Below, in pieces: positions 1-9,602 of a DNA stretch of 64,000 bases. Source of the DNA: Thiotrichaceae bacterium UBA4486 (GTDB taxonomy: Bacteria; Pseudomonadota; Gammaproteobacteria; Eutrophobiales; Eutrophobiaceae); assembly GCA_002389045.1 (NCBI GenBank), contig DGNS01000013.1, positions 155,523 to 219,522 on the forward strand. The letters are read 5' to 3'. The position numbers and the translations under genes were made by a program. The notes under the pieces are model-generated. The model saw only the letters and a program-made list of their open reading frames with translations. It did not search any database and had not been told where the DNA came from. Every line of letters starts with the position of its first letter. Within the stretch, counting starts at the first letter, position 1.

Positions 1-30
1 CATTCTGTATTTTCCTGATATTCTTTACTC

Positions 31-624
31 ATGGACAATACATTCGCGGCATTTTACAACTGGATTGAACTGAACAGTTCGAGGCTGGTGATCAGCCTGG
101 TGATCCTTTCCGCCTACCTGGTCATCCGCAGGCTCATCATTCCGAAACTGCAGAAACTCATCGAGCGTGACCGGCTCAAAAACAAGACCCTGAAGGACGC
201 CGTATTCAGTCTGAATCTGTTTATTGGTGTCCTGGCTTTCCTGTTTATCCTGTTTACCTGGGGTTTTAATTTCGGGGAACTGCTGGCTTTGTCCACCGGG
301 CTCGTCGCGATCACCGGTGTCGCCCTGTTCGCCAACTGGTCTATACTCAGCAATATTACGGCATTCTTTATCCTGGTGGCCCACCAGTCCTACCAGCGTG
401 GCAACTATATCCGCATCATCGATATGGATAATTATATCGAGGGCTATATTTCAGAAATCAACCTGTTCAACACCAGGCTCATCGGCGAGAACCGCGAGGT
501 GATTACCTACCCCAATAACCTGCTCATCGCCAGACCGGTGATTATCAACCCGCGGACCAGGCACGTTATAACCGGGAAAATCCAGGATTTATCCCAGGCA
601 GCCATGACTGACGGGGATGGCTGA
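31..624 (+). CDS. Small-conductance mechanosensitive channel, MscS family
   Basis: 197-aa ORF. N-terminal hydrophobic helices are followed by an MscS-type pore helix and beta-domain pattern (GELLALSTGLVAITGVALFANWSILSNI...; YIRI..D...EGYISEINLFNTRL...NREVITYPNN). Confidence 0.8.
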   Translation: MDNTFAAFYNWIELNSSRLVISLVILSAYLVIRRLIIPKLQKLIERDRLKNKTLKDAVFSLNLFIGVLAFLFILFTWGFNFGELLALSTGLVAITGVALFANWSILSNITAFFILVAHQSYQRGNYIRIIDMDNYIEGYISEINLFNTRLIGENREVITYPNNLLIARPVIINPRTRHVITGKIQDLSQAAMTDGDG

Positions 625-694
625 GCATGCGGCATACGCCGCGCGCAGTTGATCCGTGTTCCGGCTGTGAACCTCGCTGCAGTCTGCTACTCCA

Positions 695-1177
695 ATGAAC
701 ATGAATCGCAGCATAACCATGACCGGGTTGGTGGCGTCGCTGATGATTACGGCTATGCCGTTGCTTGCCTCGTGTACACCTGCGCACAAATCTTTCTGGG
801 AAGTCCCCGACCCTTCCTTGCGTGATATTGCTATTATCCGACAACTGCGTGGTGAAAATTCTGTTGTCATTTACAATCCTGTCGCCTGCCGTGAAATCGG
901 CGTGGCCTGTGGCTTCTTTCGTTCGCAGGCCTTTGCCCATCGGCGACTGAATCACCTCATTCTTGATATACCCTCGGCGTACCCGCCCACCCAGCGTGCA
1001 CAGGCGGACTGCTGGGCTGCAAGGTATGCCGACGCCCGGGAAGTTGCGGCGGCCGTGCGTTTTCTTGAAGCCGGTGATGAAGCGAAAAAATGGCGTGTTC
1101 CCGGTGATCTGGCGGAGCGGGCCCGTAACATTCGTGAATGTGCGGCAGAGGCCGGAAACTGGCCGGCCACTGGGTGA
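695..1177 (+). CDS. Hypothetical lipoprotein
   Basis: 160-aa ORF with a signal peptide ending in a lipobox (MPLLASC). I did not recognise any domain. Confidence 0.5.
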   Translation: MNMNRSITMTGLVASLMITAMPLLASCTPAHKSFWEVPDPSLRDIAIIRQLRGENSVVIYNPVACREIGVACGFFRSQAFAHRRLNHLILDIPSAYPPTQRAQADCWAARYADAREVAAAVRFLEAGDEAKKWRVPGDLAERARNIRECAAEAGNWPATG

Positions 1178-1240
1178 TCCGGGGACCGGGCACTTTTAGC
1201 ACCGCATGGCAATCGCAGGCGTGTTTCCGCCGGGATCTCG

Positions 1241-2155
1241 CTAAGGGTTTATGTTCCGGTCCCAGTAGGGTTCATCACCGAAACGCTCTACCAGAAATTC
1301 AATCAGAATTCGTACGCGTTGTGACAGATAGCGGTTAAGCGGATAAACCGCGCAGGCATGGCGCTGCAGCAGGGAATAATCCGGCAACACCGCTACCAGT
1401 GCGCCACTGGCAAGTTCCTGCCAGCAGATAAAGGTCGGTAATTGCACGATTCCGTGGCCGGCCATGGCCATGCGCTTGAGGAAATCGCCATTATTGGCGG
1501 TAATTTCCCCGGAAACATTGATAACGGATTCTTTTCCGGAGGCATCATATAACCGCCAGTAGCCGGATGCGGACATGTTGTAATGTAACAGGCGGTGTTT
1601 TTTCAGATCCGCGGGCAGTTCAGGTGTTCCGTGTTTCTCGAGATAAGCCGGACTCGCGCAGAGTCTGAATCTTATCGGGCAAATTCTTCTGGCTACCAGG
1701 CTGGAATCTTTCAGTTCAGCGATGCGGAAGGCCAGATCCAGACCCTCCTCGACGAGGTCAACCTGGCGGTCGGAAAAATCAATATGGATACGGATGTTTG
1801 CATGTTGTTTTAAGAAATCATCAATCGCGCCGGCGAGGTGGCAGAGTCCGAACGACAGGGGCGCAGCCAGCTTGATGGTGCCTTGCAGAGAGGTATTGTC
1901 ATCGGCGGTGATGCTATTCAGTTCGGTGACATCATCAACAATTCCTAATGCCCGTGTGTAGTAGATACGACCGGCCTCCGTGAGGCTGGATGTGCGTGTG
2001 GTGCGGTTCAGCAGGCGGACCCCGAGATGCTTCTCCAGTTCGACCAGACGTCGACTGACTGCGGATTTGGCGATATCGAGTTGTTCCGCGGCTCGCCCGA
2101 TTCCGCCGGCATCGACGATACGAATGAACAATTGCATGTCTTCAAGCTGGCCCAT
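1241..2155 (-). CDS. LysR-family transcriptional regulator
   Basis: 304 aa. N-terminal winged HTH (FIRIVDAGGIGRAAEQLDIAKSAVSRRLVELEKHLGVRLLNRTTR) plus a LysR substrate-binding domain of typical length. Confidence 0.9.
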   Translation of the reverse strand: MGQLEDMQLFIRIVDAGGIGRAAEQLDIAKSAVSRRLVELEKHLGVRLLNRTTRTSSLTEAGRIYYTRALGIVDDVTELNSITADDNTSLQGTIKLAAPLSFGLCHLAGAIDDFLKQHANIRIHIDFSDRQVDLVEEGLDLAFRIAELKDSSLVARRICPIRFRLCASPAYLEKHGTPELPADLKKHRLLHYNMSASGYWRLYDASGKESVINVSGEITANNGDFLKRMAMAGHGIVQLPTFICWQELASGALVAVLPDYSLLQRHACAVYPLNRYLSQRVRILIEFLVERFGDEPYWDRNINP

Positions 2156-2408
2156 ATTATTGATTCTTATTATCAGAACAATAAACCATGATTATTGGAT
2201 TTTAATCGTATTAAAGCAATAAACAGGCAAACTTCAATTGAATGTTTTTCAATACCTGTGCAGGCAGACATGCGGCTTTTGTCCTGGTGTTTCTCCGTAC
2301 CCGGTCAATTGCAGCCTGCCATTCTACTTCCACGATGAACTCTGTAAGGATGTTGTCGCTGTATAATTCCGGACCGTCGCTTGCGCTGATGGATACGATA
2401 CGCTTTTC

Positions 2409-3383
2409 ATGCTACAGAAACTGACTTTGGCAGCCTGGGCAGCAGGTATGCTGCTGCTTCTGGGTATCCTTTTTTACCACGGTTTCGGGACGGTTACCGT
2501 GGCGGTGGTTATGGCGGGCTGGGGACTGGTTGTTGTTACTGCCTTTCATCTGCTGCCCATGATCTGTGACACACTAGCCTGGCGTTGCCTGTTGACCGTT
2601 GAAACGCGCCCGCTATTTACACAACTGCTCTGGATGCGCTGGATAGGTGAATCAGTCAACGCCCTGTTGCCGGCTGCCCAGATCGGCGGCGATATGCTGC
2701 GTGGCAGACTTGCCGCACATCGGGGTGTACCGAGGGCGGAGGCGGCAGCCAGTATTGTTGTTGACTTAACTCTCAGTGTATTCACGCTGGTGGTGTTTGC
2801 CATCGGCGGCGTTCTGCTCACACTGAGACAGAATGAAGCCGCTCTTGTCCTGTTGGCGGGGTTGCTGACAGCAAGCCTGTTGGTACTGTTGCTGTTGAGA
2901 CTGCTGCGGCGTGGGCTTTTCCGAATTCTTGCACAATCACTGACCCGACTGGTTCGCCACCGCGATTGGGACCGTCTGGTCGGCGGTGCAGCCGCACTGG
3001 ATGCTGCCATAGCTGCAATGTACTCACACCCCCGGCAACTGCTGGCAAGCAGTGCCTGGGCTTTGCTTGCCTGGATCCTGGGCGCCGGGGAGATCTGGCT
3101 GGCGCTGTATTTTCTCGGTCATCCCGTCAGTGTACTTGATGCATTGATTCTTGAGAGCCTGACCCAGGCCGTGCGCAGTGCCGCCTTCCCGGTGCCGGGC
3201 GCCTGGGGCATACAGGAGGGTGGCTTCGTATTGCTGGGGACACTGGTCGCCGTGCCTGCAGAGACAGCGCTTGCCACCTCGCTGATCAAACGTGTGCGGG
3301 AAATGGGTCTTGGAATACCGGGACTCATGGCTTGGCAGTTTGCCGAGGGCCGGCGCTGGTATTATTCAAAAAAAGTGAATTAA
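2409..3383 (+). CDS. Polytopic membrane protein of the UPF0104 / lysylphosphatidylglycerol-synthase transmembrane-region (flippase-like) family
   Basis: 324 aa with about 8 hydrophobic helices. Contains a family-like LLPAAQIGGDMLRGRL segment. Lies next to a CDP-alcohol phosphatidyltransferase gene. Confidence 0.6.
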   Translation: MLQKLTLAAWAAGMLLLLGILFYHGFGTVTVAVVMAGWGLVVVTAFHLLPMICDTLAWRCLLTVETRPLFTQLLWMRWIGESVNALLPAAQIGGDMLRGRLAAHRGVPRAEAAASIVVDLTLSVFTLVVFAIGGVLLTLRQNEAALVLLAGLLTASLLVLLLLRLLRRGLFRILAQSLTRLVRHRDWDRLVGGAAALDAAIAAMYSHPRQLLASSAWALLAWILGAGEIWLALYFLGHPVSVLDALILESLTQAVRSAAFPVPGAWGIQEGGFVLLGTLVAVPAETALATSLIKRVREMGLGIPGLMAWQFAEGRRWYYSKKVN

Positions 3384-3843
3384 CAGTAATGAATGCGTAG
3401 CTGTATAGCTGCGGCATAACGGTGCCTGATCGCTGACTTGCGGATGGCGGTGATGCGTAAAAATGCTGGTGTTTTCCCGCTATAACCAAAGGCGAGCCAA
3501 GGCAGGCAACTGGTTTTACAGAATGGGTAATGGTATCTTTATCTTCAGGGAAAGTTAAAGTGGTGGCATCGCTGGTTGAATATGGAAGCCTCTGTTCGGG
3601 TTGAACATTTACCGGAATAAATCCCACGGGGACAGGTTCACTCGCCGGCTTGATACACACGGTGTATGCGTTAATCCGGTTCTGCACGCGGTCACGGATA
3701 ACAGCTGAGCCTGGAAGATCCACGATCCGGCCGCTTGCAGCCGGGAGCGCGCCGGGATTTCCTGATTTCATGACTATTATGTATATATATGCCGGCCTGG
3801 TGGAGCACGATGCGCCGTTGCCGGACAGTGTAATTCTACCGCT

Positions 3844-4467
3844 ATGAACAACAATGGCACATTAACCGATGCACCCGCCAAAACCTGGGTACACCAGGCC
3901 GCGCGGTGGGCTATACGTCCCCTTGTAGGCAGTCCTGTAACTCCAAACCATTTGACTACCCTGCGGCTTGTTACCGGTATTGCAGCCGCGGCCGCGTTTA
4001 CAGCCGGTGATTCCGTGTGGACGGCCTGGGGTGGTTTGCTATTTGTGTTGTCTGCATTCCTGGATCGAGCCGACGGTGAACTGGCCCGTTTGAGTGGGCA
4101 AACCAGTGCCGCCGGTCACCGCTACGACCTGCTTTCCGACGCCATCGTCAATGTGCTGTTATTTATCGGTATCGGTATCGGTCTCAGCAACAGTGTCCTT
4201 GGTCTGTGGGCCCCGTTACTGGGGTTTATCTCCGGCGCCAGTGTCGGTGCCATTTTCTGGGTGGTCGCAATCATGGAAAGCAAGGGAGATATGATGGGCG
4301 CCTTGCCATTCAGCGCTGTTAAAGGCTTTGATCCGGATGATGTCCTGTTCATCGTCGGCCCATTGTCATGGATTGATGACCTGATCAGCTTTTTGGTCGC
4401 TTCCTCGTTCGGGGCGCCACTGTTCCTCGCCTTTGCCATGTACTGTGTGATGCGTCTGCAGCACTGA
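3844..4467 (+). CDS. CDP-alcohol phosphatidyltransferase family protein
   Basis: 207-aa membrane protein with the D-x2-DG-x2-AR...G-x3-D-x3-D signature (DRADGELARLSGQTSAAGHRYDLLSD). Confidence 0.8.
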   Translation: MNNNGTLTDAPAKTWVHQAARWAIRPLVGSPVTPNHLTTLRLVTGIAAAAAFTAGDSVWTAWGGLLFVLSAFLDRADGELARLSGQTSAAGHRYDLLSDAIVNVLLFIGIGIGLSNSVLGLWAPLLGFISGASVGAIFWVVAIMESKGDMMGALPFSAVKGFDPDDVLFIVGPLSWIDDLISFLVASSFGAPLFLAFAMYCVMRLQH

Positions 4468-4758
4468 TCCGGTGGCCGGTGTTGTCGAGGTTTCGCATCA
4501 GAACCTGGTCCGCGCCCGCCTCGTCGTAATCATTCAGCATCGTGCAGCCTGCAGTCTGCTAGCGCCGGTTATTGCCGGCAAGCAGGTGGATTAACACCAT
4601 ATACAGCAGATCGACCGTTATTTAATAATTCTCATAATAAGAACAATATTTTGCATATAATGCTATTTATCCTTTAAATATCAACAGTTAGACTTCCGGT
4701 TAATTATCATTGCCGCCCGCTAGACGGGTGGATCAATCATCATCGGAGTGTCATCAAT

Positions 4759-5628
4759 ATGCAGGCAACACAACTTCCCCAACAGGCGATTCGTGGATTG
4801 CGGCGGGTCACGGCAGGCATCCAGGCCAGCGATGGCGACGGCGTCAACCTGACCCGGATGATCGGTGGACCGGAATTGAACATGCTCGATCCGTTTTTGT
4901 TGTTCGATGTCTTTGAATCGGACCGGCCGGACGATTACATCGGCGGATTTCCGGCACACCCCCACCGCGGTTTCGAGACGGTTACCTACCTGCTCGCCGG
5001 CCGTCTGCGTCACCGGGACAGTGCCGGCCATGAAGGTGTTATCGAGCCCGGTGACGTGCAATGGATGACGGCAGGTCGCGGCATCGTTCATTCAGAAATG
5101 CCCGAGCAGGAAAACGGCCTGCTGCAGGGTTTCCAGCTCTGGGTCAACCTGCCCGCCCGCGAGAAAATGTGCGCACCGGCTTACCAGGAGTTTAGCGCAG
5201 AGGATCTTGCCGTGGCGTATGAACCTGGAGGGATCCAGGTCCGCATCATTGCCGGCCGTAGCGATGGCGGTCTGACCGGCCCCGTCATCAATCACCATGT
5301 ATCGCCGCTGTTCATGGATATCTCGCTGCCGGCGGGGCAGACCTTTGAACAGGGTGTTGATGCCGGTGATAACGCGTTTGTCTACGTAATCGATGGCGCC
5401 GTTGCAGTGGGCACCCCGGAACGTGATCTTGAAAGCCGGGAACTGGGTATCCTGCAACACGGCGAGCGTGTGCGCTTGCGTGCGCAACGGGCTGCCCGTT
5501 TCCTTCTTGTCGCGGCACAACCGTTACGGGAACCGGTAGCGCGCGGCGGCCCGTTCGTCATGAATACGCCTGAAGAGGTTATGCAGGCGTTTGAAGATTA
5601 TCGCAACAATCAATTCAAGGATCAGTAA
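4759..5628 (+). CDS. Pirin family (bicupin) protein
   Basis: 289 aa with the pirin metal-binding motif HPHRGFETVTYLL and a ...GDVQWMTAGRGIVHSE segment. Confidence 0.9.
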   Translation: MQATQLPQQAIRGLRRVTAGIQASDGDGVNLTRMIGGPELNMLDPFLLFDVFESDRPDDYIGGFPAHPHRGFETVTYLLAGRLRHRDSAGHEGVIEPGDVQWMTAGRGIVHSEMPEQENGLLQGFQLWVNLPAREKMCAPAYQEFSAEDLAVAYEPGGIQVRIIAGRSDGGLTGPVINHHVSPLFMDISLPAGQTFEQGVDAGDNAFVYVIDGAVAVGTPERDLESRELGILQHGERVRLRAQRAARFLLVAAQPLREPVARGGPFVMNTPEEVMQAFEDYRNNQFKDQ

Positions 5629-6633
5629 ATGGGTATGTTGGTCAATGGTGTCTGGGAGGATCGCTGGTATCCGACGGAGGAAAACCGGGGACGCTTTGTC
5701 CGTGACGCGGCACAGTTCCGCAACTGGATCACCGCCGACGGCAGTGCCGGTCCCGGCGGCCGGGCGGGGTTTCCGGCGGAACATGATCGTTATCATCTCT
5801 ATGTTTCCTACGCCTGTCCCTGGGCCAATCGCACCCTGATTTTTCGTGAACTGAAAGGCTTGCAGGAGATGATCACTGTTTCCGTTGTTCACTGGCATAT
5901 GGGCGAGGAGGGCTGGACCTTCGCGGACGGACCGGGTGTGATACCGGACCCGGTGTTCGGCGCTGACTACCTGCGCGAAATCTACCTGAAGGCCAACGAA
6001 CACTACACCGGTCGCGTGACCGTGCCCGTACTCTGGGACAAGCAGCAGGCAACCATCGTGTCCAATGAATCGGCGGACATCATTCGCATGTTCAACAATG
6101 CCTTTGACTCGATTGGTGCAAGTCCCGGGGATTATTACCCCGTTGCCTTGCGTGATGACATTGATGCGTTGAATGAACGCATTTACAACACGGTGAATAA
6201 CGGTGTTTACCGGGCCGGTTTTGCCACCCGCCAGGATGCCTACGAGGAAGCGGTCGAGGAACTGTTCACGACGCTGGACTGGCTGGAAGACAGGCTCGGC
6301 TCACAGCGTTATCTTGCCGGCGATCAAATCACCGAGGCCGACTGGCGGCTGTTTACAACACTGGTGCGTTTCGATGCGGTGTATCACGGACATTTCAAAT
6401 GTAATATCCGTCGTATCATCGATTACCCCAACCTCCACGATTACACCCGTGATCTGTATCAACAACCGGGAATTGCCGGAACGGTCAACATGCACCACAT
6501 CAAGCAACACTATTACGGCAGTCACCGGACCATCAATCCTCACGGTATCGTTGCAGTGGGTCCGCGGGTCGATTTTACCGGACCCCACGGCAGAGAGGCG
6601 CTTTCTGCGGTGGCGCCGCAAAATAACCGATGA
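5629..6633 (+). CDS. yqjG: Glutathionyl-hydroquinone reductase (Xi-class GST, YqjG/ECM4 type)
   Basis: 334 aa. Active-site CPWANR motif in a YqjG-like N-terminus (GRF.R....FR.WIT.DG...F.AE..RYHLYVSYACPWANR). The start codon abuts the pirin stop. Confidence 0.85.
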   Translation: MGMLVNGVWEDRWYPTEENRGRFVRDAAQFRNWITADGSAGPGGRAGFPAEHDRYHLYVSYACPWANRTLIFRELKGLQEMITVSVVHWHMGEEGWTFADGPGVIPDPVFGADYLREIYLKANEHYTGRVTVPVLWDKQQATIVSNESADIIRMFNNAFDSIGASPGDYYPVALRDDIDALNERIYNTVNNGVYRAGFATRQDAYEEAVEELFTTLDWLEDRLGSQRYLAGDQITEADWRLFTTLVRFDAVYHGHFKCNIRRIIDYPNLHDYTRDLYQQPGIAGTVNMHHIKQHYYGSHRTINPHGIVAVGPRVDFTGPHGREALSAVAPQNNR

Positions 6634-6663
6634 TTTATTTCTCATACAGGAGACTGGAGGTAT

Positions 6664-7251
6664 ATGAACACATTGAAAAATACTGCGAAAAATTACGGCA
6701 GCGTCGCCCGATGGATTCACTGGCTTACGGCAGTTCTGTTTCTGGCTTCCTACACGGCTGTCTATTACCGGCAATGGTTCACTGACAAGGATACCCCGGA
6801 AAACTGGATTTCACTCCAGTTACATCTGTCAATCGGTATCACGATTCTGGTCCTGGTACTGTTACGCATCCTCTGGCGTTGGCAGAACCGTCAGCCGGAT
6901 CCCGAGCCTGGTTCCCGACTTGCGCACATGGCGGCGCATGCCGGGCATTACCTCTTGTATGCAATCATGATTATTATGCCGGTCACCGGGTATCTGGGAA
7001 CCGGGGTAAATACCGAGTATTTCTTTTTGTTTGATATTCCGAAATTCGAGACGACAGCGGTTTTTCAGTCGTTGGTGGCTGATGGCATGGAATTGACATT
7101 CAAGGAATTCGAAAAACCACTGGATTTTTTCCACAAAAAAATCATGGGCGAGTGGCTGGTCTGGTTGTTGATCCTGGGGCATGCCGGTGCCGCCATGTAT
7201 CACCACTTCATCAGGAAAGACCGTACACTCATGAAAATGACCACGGGTTGA
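6664..7251 (+). CDS. Cytochrome b561 (CybB family)
   Basis: 195 aa with 4 TM helices and paired His ligands (WIHW..., LHLSIG..., HAGHYLLY..., GHAGAAMYHHF.RKDRTLMKM). Confidence 0.88.
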   Translation: MNTLKNTAKNYGSVARWIHWLTAVLFLASYTAVYYRQWFTDKDTPENWISLQLHLSIGITILVLVLLRILWRWQNRQPDPEPGSRLAHMAAHAGHYLLYAIMIIMPVTGYLGTGVNTEYFFLFDIPKFETTAVFQSLVADGMELTFKEFEKPLDFFHKKIMGEWLVWLLILGHAGAAMYHHFIRKDRTLMKMTTG

Positions 7252-7254
7252 AGA

Positions 7255-7437
7255 TTGTGGAAATATTTCCTCCCCGGAGAACTGGTCCAGTCGCCGGAAC
7301 CCGTCAGTGATGCCATCATTGAAGCTCTAACCAGAGGCAACTTTCACGTATACCCGGATGCCATGGCCGGAAAGATCGGGGAACAGTACCGGGGGTATGC
7401 TGAAAATATCGTCGAAGTCAACCTGATGGAAGGGTGA
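7255..7437 (+). pseudogene. Probable remnant: C-terminal tail of a short-chain dehydrogenase/reductase-like gene
   Basis: 60-aa ORF with a non-ATG start 4 nt after the cytochrome b561 stop. ELVQSPEPVSDAIIEALTRGNFHVYPDAMAGKIGEQY resembles SDR C-termini by eye. The upstream DNA is occupied by the b561 gene, so no Rossmann part can be present. Confidence 0.35.
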
Positions 7438-7563
7438 ATAACCGGTTATAATGAACCTGCGTTCAGCCGGTGACGGTGTTGCTGCGGATATTCAGCACTG
7501 GCATGGATAACACCAGGAAACCGCTGATGAAGTCAGGGATTTATAAATAATAAGGGGGCTGTT

Positions 7564-7881
7564 GTGCAACACTGGTATCGACGGATCTACGCTGATCCGG
7601 AATTTCATGAACTGGAACGAAAACGCGGCCGATTCAGCTGGCTGCTCGCCGGCATCGTGCTGGCCAGTTATTACACATTCATTCTGATCATCGCTTTCGC
7701 CCCGGAACTCTTTGCAACACCGGTATGCGAGGGCACTATCATCACCTGGGGCCTGCCGGCAGGCATATTCGTTATCCTGTTGAGCTTTTTGTTGACCGGT
7801 GTGTATGTGCATCGTGCCAACACCGAATTTGATCATCTGACCCGGGATATAGTCGAGCATGTTCAAAACACAGATGAATAA
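7564..7881 (+). CDS. yjcH: DUF485 inner-membrane protein (YjcH-like partner of ActP)
   Basis: 105 aa with two TM helices and an N-terminal [11 protein letters not shown] motif. Lies immediately upstream of actP. Confidence 0.85.
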   Translation: MQHWYRRIYADPEFHELERKRGRFSWLLAGIVLASYYTFILIIAFAPELFATPVCEGTIITWGLPAGIFVILLSFLLTGVYVHRANTEFDHLTRDIVEHVQNTDE

Positions 7882-7888
7882 CGCCGGG

Positions 7889-9544
7889 ATGCGTTATCGG
7901 TTGTTGTTGATATTGTCGTTGTTTCCCGGCGTCCTGGCCGCTGCCGATGCCCTCCAGGGTCCGGTGGAACGCCAGCCGGTGAATATCACCGCCATTATCA
8001 TGTTCATGCTGTTCGTTTCCGTAACCCTGGGGATCACATACTGGGCAGCAAGGCGAACGCGCAGTACCAGTGATTTCTATGCTGCCGGCTCCAGTATCAG
8101 CGGATTACAGAACGGTCTGGCCATTGCCGGCGACTTCATGTCGGCTGCCTCTTTCCTCGGCATATCAGGACTGGTCTTCGCCAGTGGTTTTGATGGACTT
8201 ATTTACTCAATCGGCTTCCTGGTTGGCTGGCCAATCATTCTTTTCCTTCTGGCCGAGCGTTTACGCAATCTTGGAAAATACACCTTTGCCGATGCGGTGA
8301 GTTACCGCTTGCGGCCGCTACCCATACGCAGTCTGGCCGCCTGTGGTACGCTGACGGTGGTATTGTTTTACCTGATTGCGCAGATGGTCGGGGCCGGCAA
8401 GCTTATCCAGATTCTGTTTGGCCTGGATTATCACTATGCCGTGGTATCTGTAGGCGTACTCATGATTCTGTACGTGACCTTCGGCGGAATGCTGGCTACC
8501 ACCTGGGTGCAGATAATAAAGGCGGTTCTGTTACTGATTGGTGCGAGTTTCATCGCTATAGCCGTGATGTATAAAATGGACTTCTCGTTCGAGCATCTGT
8601 TTAGTAGCGCCGTGAAAATTCATAATGATGGCATGGATATCATGGCGCCGGGCGGGCTGGTTTCCGATCCCGTATCCGCGATTTCGCTGGGGCTGGCGCT
8701 GATGTTCGGCACCGCGGGACTGCCGCATATACTCATGCGCTTTTTTACCGTCCCCGATGCCCGGGAAGCGCGCAAGTCGGTTTTTTACGCCACCGGTTTT
8801 ATCGGCTATTTTTACATTCTTACTTTCATCATCGGTTTTGGCGCCATCGTTCTGCTGACCAACAACCCGGATTTTCTTGACCCGGTTAGTGGCGGTATTT
8901 ACGGTGGTAATAACATGGCCGCGGTACACCTGTCCCGGGCCGTGGGCGGGGAGGCTTTTCTCGGTTTTATTTCGGCCGTGGCTTTCGCCACGATTCTGGC
9001 CGTCGTTTCCGGATTGACACTGTCCGGTGCGTCGGCCATATCGCATGACCTGTATGCCAGCGTGATATGTCATGGAGAAATTCCGGAAGGTGAGGAAGTA
9101 CGGGTATCCCGGATCGCCACCGTGATCCTCGGTATCGTCGCTATCATTCTCGGGATTATTTTTGAACAACAGAATGTGGCCTATATGGTGGGGCTGGCTT
9201 TCGCAATTGCCGCCAGCGTCAATTTCCCGGTTCTGTTCCTGTCCATGTACTGGCAGCGTCTGACGACACGGGGCGCCTTCATAGGTGGCAGTGTCGGTTT
9301 ATTCACCGCGGTTTTGTGCATGGTGCTGGGGCCGACCATCTGGGTGGATATACTGGGTAACCCCGAAGCCGTTTTCCCTTACAAGCACCCGGCCCTGTTC
9401 TCCATGAGTGCCGCATTTGCCGTTATCATAGTTGTTTCGAAACTCGATAGTTCACAGTCCGGTAAAGATGAAGCCAAAGCCTTCGAGGACCAGTACGTAC
9501 GCTCGCAAACGGGTCTCGGCGCCGAAGGCGCAACCAGTCACTGA
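7889..9544 (+). CDS. actP: Cation/acetate symporter (solute:sodium symporter family)
   Basis: The N-terminus (signal-like segment then [20 protein letters not shown]) resembles E. coli ActP as I recall it. Polytopic SSS architecture. I chose the ATG at 7889, which is 30 nt inside the 7859 ORF and just after the yjcH stop. Confidence 0.9.
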   Translation: MRYRLLLILSLFPGVLAAADALQGPVERQPVNITAIIMFMLFVSVTLGITYWAARRTRSTSDFYAAGSSISGLQNGLAIAGDFMSAASFLGISGLVFASGFDGLIYSIGFLVGWPIILFLLAERLRNLGKYTFADAVSYRLRPLPIRSLAACGTLTVVLFYLIAQMVGAGKLIQILFGLDYHYAVVSVGVLMILYVTFGGMLATTWVQIIKAVLLLIGASFIAIAVMYKMDFSFEHLFSSAVKIHNDGMDIMAPGGLVSDPVSAISLGLALMFGTAGLPHILMRFFTVPDAREARKSVFYATGFIGYFYILTFIIGFGAIVLLTNNPDFLDPVSGGIYGGNNMAAVHLSRAVGGEAFLGFISAVAFATILAVVSGLTLSGASAISHDLYASVICHGEIPEGEEVRVSRIATVILGIVAIILGIIFEQQNVAYMVGLAFAIAASVNFPVLFLSMYWQRLTTRGAFIGGSVGLFTAVLCMVLGPTIWVDILGNPEAVFPYKHPALFSMSAAFAVIIVVSKLDSSQSGKDEAKAFEDQYVRSQTGLGAEGATSH

Positions 9545-9581
9545 ATAGCTGTTTGATCGATATTTCCGAAACAGCTATTCA
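9542..9581. terminator. Putative bidirectional hairpin between convergent actP and the RND pump gene
   Basis: A 13-bp perfect inverted repeat (TGAATAGCTGTTT ... AAACAGCTATTCA) with a 14-nt loop starts at the actP stop codon. There is no clear U-tract. Confidence 0.45.
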
Positions 9582-9602
9582 GGGAGGCTGATCAGAGCGT
9601 TC

